DNA from: Gammaproteobacteria bacterium
GTDB lineage: Bacteria > Pseudomonadota > Gammaproteobacteria > UBA4575
Assembly: GCA_965222615.1 (NCBI GenBank)
Contig: CBDCUI010000006.1
Location: 1 to 13,469, forward strand
Length of the DNA: 13,469 bases
Direction: 5' to 3'
Of this stretch, positions 7,503-13,469 are shown one piece after another. Within the stretch, counting starts at the first letter, position 1. Each line of letters begins with the position of its first letter. A program made the translations under genes and the position numbers. The notes below the pieces were generated by a model. The model saw only the letters and a list, made by a program, of their open reading frames with translations, was not told where the DNA came from and searched no databases.

Positions 7503-8411
7503 TTGAATCGTCGAGAATTTCTATATACTATTGCAGCGAGTTTTCTGCCCTTAGCGAGGACTTCTTCTTTCGCTAAATCTTCTTCCATTATCACACGTGC
7601 AATTCCAAACACTGGTGAAAACTTACCAATAATCGGTATGGGATCCTGGATTACTTTTGATGTAGGCAGAGACGACAATGCTATTCAAAACTGTATAAAA
7701 ATATTAAAACATTTTTTTGTCTCAGGAGGCTCACTGATTGATTCATCGCCTATGTATGGTTCATCAGAAGCAGTTATAGGTAAATGCTTAGCACAAATTA
7801 GTAATTCAAGCGCTTTGTTTTCAGCAACGAAAGTTTGGACGCCTGGACGTGCAATTGGAATTACGCAAATGAAAGAATCCGAAAAGCTATGGGGATTAAA
7901 TAATTTCGATCTCATGCAAATTCATAATCTTTTAGATTGGAATTCACATATAAAAACATTACGAGAATGGAAAGATTCTGGACGCATACGTTATCTTGGG
8001 GTTACAACCTCTCATGGTCGACGACATGAAGAACTTATCAAGATCATGCAAAATGAACCTTTAGACTTCGTCCAATTTACTTATAACTTAGCAGATCGAG
8101 AAGCAGAGAATACGTTACTTCCATTAGCTGCAGATCGTGGCATTGCAGTTATTATCAACCGACCTTTTCGACGTGGCCAACTATTTAACTATGTTAAAAA
8201 TAAATCCTTACCTAGTTGGGCAATAGAAATAGAATGCAAAAACTGGGCTCAGTATTTCTTAAAATTTATTGTTTCGCACCCTGCAGTGACGATAGCCATT
8301 CCAGCAACTTCACGCGTAGACCATATGGATGAAAACATGGGCGCCCTGCTAGGCCCATTACCAGATACCTCCATGAGAAAACAAATGTTGACTTATTTTC
8401 AATCAATCTAA
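7503..8411 (+). CDS. Aldo/keto reductase with a twin-arginine (Tat)-type signal
   Basis: NRREFL Tat motif; IGMGSW, IDSSPMYG (Asp/Tyr), ATKVW (Lys), DLMQIHNL (His), GRIRYLGVT, IPATS. TTG start. Confidence 0.9.
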   Translation: MNRREFLYTIAASFLPLARTSSFAKSSSIITRAIPNTGENLPIIGMGSWITFDVGRDDNAIQNCIKILKHFFVSGGSLIDSSPMYGSSEAVIGKCLAQISNSSALFSATKVWTPGRAIGITQMKESEKLWGLNNFDLMQIHNLLDWNSHIKTLREWKDSGRIRYLGVTTSHGRRHEELIKIMQNEPLDFVQFTYNLADREAENTLLPLAADRGIAVIINRPFRRGQLFNYVKNKSLPSWAIEIECKNWAQYFLKFIVSHPAVTIAIPATSRVDHMDENMGALLGPLPDTSMRKQMLTYFQSI

Positions 8412-9260
8412 TTAGTTCGAGGCCGCACAGCGAAACCCAATCGACCCATAAATACTTTTACCGCTAACAGGTGGTTTTACATTTCGAAATGAGCTACGTA
8501 ATTTTTTTTTATTTTCATCCCAAGAGCCACCACGTACGACTCTTTGTTTGCCTCTTTCCGGCCCTTTAAGATCACCCTTGGCATAGAGATTGCGGATCGC
8601 ACCTGGTGAATACCAATTCATCGTCCACTCTCCAGCATTTCCGTGCATGTCGTACAAATCTAATTTATTAGGTTCATGACTTCCGATTTCCCAAGTACGA
8701 TCTTCACCGCAACCATCCGGTTCATTTGGCACTGAACCAAACGTTTTACCGTCATCTAAGATGGCATGAGTGCAATCAACTTCTTGGCCCCAAGGATAAC
8801 GAGTAGTCGACTCAGCCCGAGCTGCCTTCTCCCACTCAGCCTCATAAGGGAGTCGTTTCCCTTTCCACTCACAATACGCTAACGCTTCATCCCAATCTAC
8901 GCAATTAGCGGGGTGATTACTACGGGACGATTCGCCTACATTACAATATTTATTGCGCGCATGATCTTTTGGTCGTTTGCATTTACCCGCTTCTATGCAT
9001 GCAAGATAATCTGCAACGGTTACTTCATATTGATCAATAACAAAATCTGGAACCATCACAGCAATACCGCCTATAGGACCTTCATCATCTCCGCAATCTT
9101 TATCTCCAACAGAACAACCCATATTAAATTCACCACCTGGGACCAGAATCATTTTATCTTCCGATGACGTTTCAGCTATGACGAAAGTATTTATTGCAAT
9201 GTAAAGCAAAAATATCAGGGATAGTACGTACTTAATACGGACAATAATTATAGATTTCAT
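8412..9260 (-). CDS. Secreted FGE-sulfatase (SUMF1/EgtB/PvdO) domain protein
   Basis: Signal peptide, then MILVPGGEFNMG, YEVTVADY, HPANCVDWDEALAYCEWKGKRLPYEAEWEKAAR, YPWG, LYDMHGNAGEW, RVVRGGSW, IGFRCA. ATG at 9260 (TTG alternative at 9263). Confidence 0.9.
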   Translation of the reverse strand: MKSIIIVRIKYVLSLIFLLYIAINTFVIAETSSEDKMILVPGGEFNMGCSVGDKDCGDDEGPIGGIAVMVPDFVIDQYEVTVADYLACIEAGKCKRPKDHARNKYCNVGESSRSNHPANCVDWDEALAYCEWKGKRLPYEAEWEKAARAESTTRYPWGQEVDCTHAILDDGKTFGSVPNEPDGCGEDRTWEIGSHEPNKLDLYDMHGNAGEWTMNWYSPGAIRNLYAKGDLKGPERGKQRVVRGGSWDENKKKLRSSFRNVKPPVSGKSIYGSIGFRCAASN

Positions 9261-9539
9261 CAAACCGGTCTCATTTTATTATAATTATTATATAGACATA
9301 TTTGAGACAAGATTGATTGCATTAATTATTTACAATTATTTAAATCGAAGGCGAAAAATCTATAGGAACTACAAATAAAATATATAGCTAGTTTTTATAG
9401 CTACAGTTGAAACAAACACAGATAGTTTTGTAAAGGATAAAACTCTCGAATGAGAATATTACGTGAAAAACTGTGGCACAAGTAGACTGAAGCAAATAGA
9501 CATTATCAGTCGCTTTGCTGCGCTAAAACAAAAAATGAC

Positions 9540-9728
9540 TTAGCAAATAGCTGGCCTAGAGCCTCTGATTAACAACTCAGTTACATACAACACTTCATAA
9601 TCGCTGAGCGGCTGGTCTACACTTAGTGCATCTGAAATAAATTCATTTGCCTCTGTCCTCACTTCCAGCCCATATTTCTTTTCTATCTGATCCATAGCTG
9701 CATTTAATTCACTATCGTTTTCTCTCAT
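9540..9728 (-). CDS. Small acidic hypothetical protein (62 aa)
   Basis: Strong Shine-Dalgarno GAGGTG just upstream of the ATG; protein-like composition within AT-rich flanks; no recognised family. Confidence 0.7.
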   Translation of the reverse strand: MRENDSELNAAMDQIEKKYGLEVRTEANEFISDALSVDQPLSDYEVLYVTELLIRGSRPAIC

Positions 9729-9816
9729 GAAATCACCTCGCTAATATTATTAGTCATGTGGTATGTGCCAATGACTAACAATTTTGTTTAAAAAATTATA
9801 TTTTTAATATAGCAAG

Positions 9817-9839
9817 GTTTACGAAAACCATTCGTAAAC
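9817..9839. promoter_or_regulatory. Inverted-repeat operator candidate
   Basis: GTTTACGAA-aacca-TTCGTAAAC, perfect 9-bp arms, about 90 bp upstream of the 62-aa gene. Confidence 0.45.
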
Positions 9840-9912
9840 TCATGTGAACTAAAATTGTAATTGTCAGACTTATTCTTTCTACTACCTACATGAATACATA
9901 ATTTCAATAAAG

Positions 9913-9928
9913 AGTGATTTTTATCACA
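9913..9928. promoter_or_regulatory. CRP-type binding site candidate
   Basis: AGTGA-ttttta-TCACA, 9/10 match, though in very AT-rich DNA. Confidence 0.45.
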
Positions 9929-10318
9929 AATCAATTGCAACAAATTAATTCTAAATAAATATTGATGTGCTCACAGATTGATATTACAAAATACTTCCAT
10001 ACACACAAATTAGTTAATACTAGGATTACTCGGGATAGCTAATACTGCTTTTTGTATGCGTACATCTTCTATGACGTCTCGCTGTTCTCATATCCTGACG
10101 CTCACCAGGTAAACATGTCGAACCATACATGTATATGTGTCCTAGCCGCCAAACTTGATCTAGAAATAATGAGAGATTCTCGAAGCGTGATCGGCGGTAG
10201 AAGGCAAAGAGATCCTTTAAAGATATATATTTAATTCTACAAATTATATGTCTATATTCGAACAAAGGAATTCAATTTGAAATCGAAGAAATTCTATATA
10301 TTGATTTGCAAAAAATAC

Positions 10319-11002
10319 TTATTCGCTATTTCCTATACTCATTTTTGCAAAACTACTATTTACCATCCAACTTGATACATTTTTTATCAACCTATTAGGA
10401 CCAACAATTTTTAATTTGTTTTCTTTCATTGCCGAATCATAGGTCTTATCACCCATCCATACTTTAACCATGGTGCTAAGATCAGTAATAAACCATACAT
10501 TTATTTCTTTACCAGGGTCTATAGTACATACATCAACATCTTCATTTTGAATTAAAATCCACCAGTCTTGGAATTTATCAAGATCCATAAATTTAAAATG
10601 TATCACAGTCTCATTTTCAACAAGTTTATCTGGGCGTATACTTCTTTCCAGATAAAGCATCAGCAGTTCAACATCCAAATCTTCTTTTTCAATCTGACCA
10701 CGTGCCCATTTCATACCCCATGAACCCAATGCTTGGATAATAGGCATTACTTCTTCACCAGCTTCAGTCAAATTATATTCGCATCCCCGTTGACCAGAAA
10801 TTTTCTTTCGTACAACAATACCTTGCTTTTGTAGCTGACGTAGTCTCGTCGATAGAAGTGTCGGTGAAATTCTAGATAAGCCACGTTGAAAATCTTTAAA
10901 ACGCCGCCCACCCATTAATAACTCACGTAAAATTAGGAATGTCCATTTATCTCCCAAAATCTCTGATGCTTTAGCAACTGGACAAAATTGACAATAATTC
11001 AT
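10319..11002 (-). CDS. HxlR/DUF24 winged-helix transcriptional regulator with an SCP2-like C-terminal domain
   Basis: YCQFCPVAKASEILGDKWTFLILRELLMGGRRFKDFQRGLSRISPTLLSTRLRQL...YNLTEAGEEV..II.ALGSWG, followed by a ~120-aa C-terminal extension (WWILIQNEDVDVC..DPG...VWMG...LKIVG). ATG at 11002 (TTG at 11005). Confidence 0.9.
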   Translation of the reverse strand: MNYCQFCPVAKASEILGDKWTFLILRELLMGGRRFKDFQRGLSRISPTLLSTRLRQLQKQGIVVRKKISGQRGCEYNLTEAGEEVMPIIQALGSWGMKWARGQIEKEDLDVELLMLYLERSIRPDKLVENETVIHFKFMDLDKFQDWWILIQNEDVDVCTIDPGKEINVWFITDLSTMVKVWMGDKTYDSAMKENKLKIVGPNRLIKNVSSWMVNSSFAKMSIGNSE

Positions 11003-11357
11003 CAATACTTCTTTTTTTAAGCTAACAATATAATCATACAGCTAGCACATACATTTAGTGCTACAAAAAATATAGTAATAGCTCAAATATATTCTTTTAC
11101 TTAATCCATACAAGATAGTAGTAAAAAAACATCTAAAAAATACAAAATTAGGTCGCTAAAATCAGTATATTTTATATGCTATTTTCATTATTTATCTGCT
11201 GCATATGAATAAATACGGCTTGAATAAATTTGCACGCACTACAAATACATTTTCTATCTTCGTGTAATAATTAAATTATAAAAATGACTTACCTTTGATT
11301 TTAATTATTCTGCCAAGTCTTATTACAAATCAAAATCCTCAATTTCCATATAAGCTG

Positions 11358-11388
11358 ACTACAATATTTGTACTATAAATAGAGTACT
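11358..11388. promoter_or_regulatory. Tandem overlapping imperfect palindromic operator candidates
   Basis: ACTACA-atatt-TGTACT (11358-11374) and ACTATA-aatag-AGTACT (11372-11388); a related GCTACA-aaaaa-TATAGT at 11060-11076 lies near the regulator start. Confidence 0.45.
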
Positions 11389-11487
11389 TTAGTAATTACA
11401 CTCAAGAATAAAGGAAAGTACAACTATTAATATAAGATTAGTAATAGCTTAGCTTCCTATTATAGTTTTATGTTTTGTTACTAAATT

Positions 11488-11501
11488 CTGATCTAGATCA
11501 G
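11488..11501. promoter_or_regulatory. Perfect 14-bp palindrome upstream of mtoX
   Basis: CTGATCTAGATCAG; 8/10 match to the FNR-family TTGAT-N4-ATCAA. Confidence 0.4.
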
Positions 11502-11604
11502 TGTTTTTTATAGGCTATGGAACATAGTAGGGTTTGGGTTCTTAATAGAAGAAGAATTTTAATTCTAGATTTCACTAAATCTAACTGATATGGAGTCATA
11601 TGAT

Positions 11605-12984
11605 ATGAAGAAAATGACAGTATCAACCAAGTGGTTGCCAAGCGTGTTGACCTTTGCATTTATAGTATTTGTTTTAGCTGTTGGTATTCAGACTAATGCG
11701 ATGGCAGATGAGACATGCATGTCTCCCTATATGGCAAAAATTGTGGGCCAGGAAGATTATGTCTATGTCTGGACACTAGGTGTTGAGGACATGGGCGATG
11801 AACAGGACAAGCTTGTCACCGTATCGGTTAACCCGGATTCAAAGACCTATGGAAAAGTAGTGAATGTACTCTCTGTAGGGGGGCGTAACGAAGCGCACCA
11901 TTCTGGTTTAACCGATGATCGTAAATATCTTTTTGCGGGTAGCTTAGACAGCAGTAAAATCTTTGTTTTTGATGTTCATACCAATCCAGGCAAGCCTAAG
12001 CTTCATAAAGTCATCACAGACTTTGTTGAGAAGACCGGTGGTATGGTAGGACCACATACGTTATATGCATTGCCGGGGCGAATGATCATTAATGGATTAT
12101 CAAACAATGTAGACCATGGTGGTCGAACCGGTTTAGCAGAATACACAAACGAAGGTGACTTTATTGCTGCACATTGGAATCCAACAGATGAAGATCTTCG
12201 TGGTGCTAAGAAAGGTGGTAAATATGCAGATGGATATGGCTATGACATTCGCGCGTTACCGCGTCGTAACATAATGGTTACAACCTCTTTCACCGGTTGG
12301 TCGAACTACATGATGGATTTTGGTCAGATGTTACAAGATGAAGAGGCGATGAAGCGTTTTGGTAACACGGTTGTGGTATGGGATTTACATACACGTAAAC
12401 CAAAACAAGTACTAGATGTTCCCGGCGCACCTTTAGAAATTCGTTGTGCATGGGGCTCTAACAATAACTGGTGCATAACAAGCACTGCATTAACATCAAA
12501 ACTTTTTTTAATCTATGAAGATGATGAAGGCATATGGCATTCTAAAGATGTCGCAGATATCGGTGACCCATCCAAAGTACCTTTGCCAGTGGATATTTCC
12601 ATCACGGCGGATGACCAGGGTCTTTGGGTACAAACGTTCATGGACGGCAAGACGCGTTTCTTTGACATCTCAGATCCCTTTGCACCCAAACAAACCTATG
12701 AACGTGTCATTGGTAAGCAAGTGAATATGGTTTCACAAAGTTGGGATGGCAAGCGAAATTACTACACGACTTCTTTGTTGAGTAATTGGGACAAAACCGG
12801 CGATTCCGATGAGCAGTTTATGAAGCTATATACTTGGAATGGCAAAAAGCTTGAGCTTGAGTTTGAGGTTGATTTTTATAAATTAAAACTTGGGCGTGCA
12901 CATCAAATGCGTTTTGGTGCATATTCCTTATATGGCCAAAAACCCAGTGGGAGCAATAAGCTTCTATCGCACTTAGAAGAGTAA
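11605..12984 (+). CDS. mtoX: Methanethiol oxidase (selenium-binding protein 56 / SELENBP1 family), exported
   Basis: Signal peptide ending AMA|DETCMSPY; VWTLG, DKLVTVSV, GGRNEAHHSG, GPHTLYALPGR, DGYGYD, SFTGWSNYMMD, GAPLEIR, PLPVDISI, NMVSQSWDGKR, SLLSNWDK, LGRAHQM follow the bacterial MtoX pattern, including both putative TTQ tryptophans. ATG 11605 is preferred over 11590 because GGAG lies at 11592-11595. Confidence 0.93.
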   Translation: MKKMTVSTKWLPSVLTFAFIVFVLAVGIQTNAMADETCMSPYMAKIVGQEDYVYVWTLGVEDMGDEQDKLVTVSVNPDSKTYGKVVNVLSVGGRNEAHHSGLTDDRKYLFAGSLDSSKIFVFDVHTNPGKPKLHKVITDFVEKTGGMVGPHTLYALPGRMIINGLSNNVDHGGRTGLAEYTNEGDFIAAHWNPTDEDLRGAKKGGKYADGYGYDIRALPRRNIMVTTSFTGWSNYMMDFGQMLQDEEAMKRFGNTVVVWDLHTRKPKQVLDVPGAPLEIRCAWGSNNNWCITSTALTSKLFLIYEDDEGIWHSKDVADIGDPSKVPLPVDISITADDQGLWVQTFMDGKTRFFDISDPFAPKQTYERVIGKQVNMVSQSWDGKRNYYTTSLLSNWDKTGDSDEQFMKLYTWNGKKLELEFEVDFYKLKLGRAHQMRFGAYSLYGQKPSGSNKLLSHLEE

Positions 12985-13043
12985 GTTGTATATCCTAATT
13001 TGATAGGTTAACTAATTAATCTTTGCATAGTGAATTGATGATA

Positions 13044-13222
13044 ATGGTACGCATCTTCCATGATGCGTCCTCTCACTCGCATATCCCTATGCTCGCCCGG
13101 CAAATTTGTCGAACCCTCGGGTGCTCACATTCGCTACGCTCATGCGTTGCTAAAGCAACGTCCAAATCGGCTATCCTGCCGATTTGTCAAACCCCCTTCC
13201 CCGTGAGTTCAAATCCCTACTG
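13044..13222. repeat. Hairpin-rich element 3' of tRNA-Ser with an inverted T-arm copy
   Basis: Stems at 13049-13068, 13079-13092, 13145-13160 and 13163-13186; internal near-duplication ATTTGTC(G/A)AACCC (13104-13116 and 13182-13194); 13201-13220 matches 16/20 the tRNA T-arm region in inverted orientation. Confidence 0.6.
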
Positions 13223-13263
13223 TATAAATAATAAAAGGGCATTTAGCCCTTTTATTATTTATA
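13223..13263. terminator. Bidirectional intrinsic terminator directly 3' of tRNA-Ser
   Basis: Perfect 18-bp inverted repeat TATAAATAATAAAAGGGC-attta-GCCCTTTTATTATTTATA, giving a T-rich tail on both strands. Confidence 0.8.
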
Positions 13264-13351
13264 TGGCGGAGAGGGAGGGATTCGAACCCCCGGACCCTTT
13301 CGAGTCAACGGTTTTCAAGACCGCCGCATTCGACCACTCTGCCACCTCTCC
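13264..13351 (-). tRNA. tRNA-Ser (anticodon UGA)
   Basis: Minus strand reads GGAGAGGTGGCAGAGTGGTCGAATGCGGCGGTCTTGAAAACCGTTGACTCGAAAGGGTCCGGGGGTTCGAATCCCTCCCTCTCCGCCA: 88 nt, long variable arm, anticodon loop CT-TGA-AA, G discriminator, encoded CCA. Confidence 0.97.
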
Positions 13352-13469
13352 GATTTACTGATTTTCAGCCTATGTCAGTATCTATCATGCGGTTCCGCCG
13401 CCTATTCTTTCATTTAGAATCTGTTCACATCACCCATGATTGTGTCTCATATTCGCGCTTTCATGCGCT

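Noticed and set aside
7484-7915. Minus-strand ORFs 7484-7678 and 7685-7915
   Set aside because: Antisense shadows of the aldo/keto reductase.
8913-9167. 84-aa plus-strand ORF
   Set aside because: Antisense to the FGE-domain gene.
10191-10215. GGCGGTAGAAGG as a degenerate att copy of the tRNA-Ser 3' end
   Set aside because: Match to TGGCGGAGAGGGAGGGATTC is too short and gapped, and there is no integrase.
10026-10265. ORFs 10026-10265 (-) and 10052-10234 (+) as proteins
   Set aside because: TTG starts, no clear RBS, mutually overlapping, atypical composition; the region is kept only as an RNA or remnant candidate.
12515-12724. 69-aa alternate-frame ORF
   Set aside because: Nested within mtoX.
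13044-13222. CRISPR array or attC cassette interpretation of the hairpin cluster
   Set aside because: No regularly spaced identical repeats, no cas or integron integrase, and no clear attC core sites.
13264-13351. tRNA-Sec or selenium system suggested by the 'selenium-binding' neighbour
   Set aside because: The anticodon is UGA (reads UCA, Ser), not UCA; the acceptor stem is a normal 7 bp; mtoX has no in-frame TGA.
13023-13361. 112-aa ORF after mtoX
   Set aside because: MAEREGFEP... is the typical antisense translation of a tRNA-Ser; the ORF crosses a terminator and hairpins.
13352-13469. Possible gene fragment or tRNA promoter at the right edge
   Set aside because: Too short to assign; no convincing -10/-35 pair or recognisable peptide.

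Overview
AT-rich bacterial window whose gene content and order look gammaproteobacterial (inference). The left part is core genome: a partial S49 peptidase and rluC on the minus strand, divergent from a short 650-aa RNase E with a long structured leader, followed by a convergent minus-strand run of dihydroorotase, a small membrane protein and an LMW protein-tyrosine phosphatase. The right part (~6.4-13.3 kb) looks accessory. It carries two tandem paralogous 74-aa proteins built from four (D/E)RR motifs, each preceded by a CRP-type TGTGA-N6-TCACA box; a small membrane protein; a Tat-signal aldo/keto reductase; a secreted FGE-sulfatase-fold protein; a 62-aa hypothetical protein; and an HxlR/DUF24 regulator with an N-terminal CxxC, divergent from methanethiol oxidase (mtoX), which has no maturation genes beside it. 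The window ends with tRNA-Ser(UGA) and a hairpin-rich 3' element containing an inverted copy of the tRNA T-arm. The best candidates for undescribed biology are the CRP-boxed DRR microprotein pair (possible c-di-GMP-binding or sequestering proteins) and the HxlR-mtoX regulatory module. All calls come from reading the sequence by eye; no searches were run.
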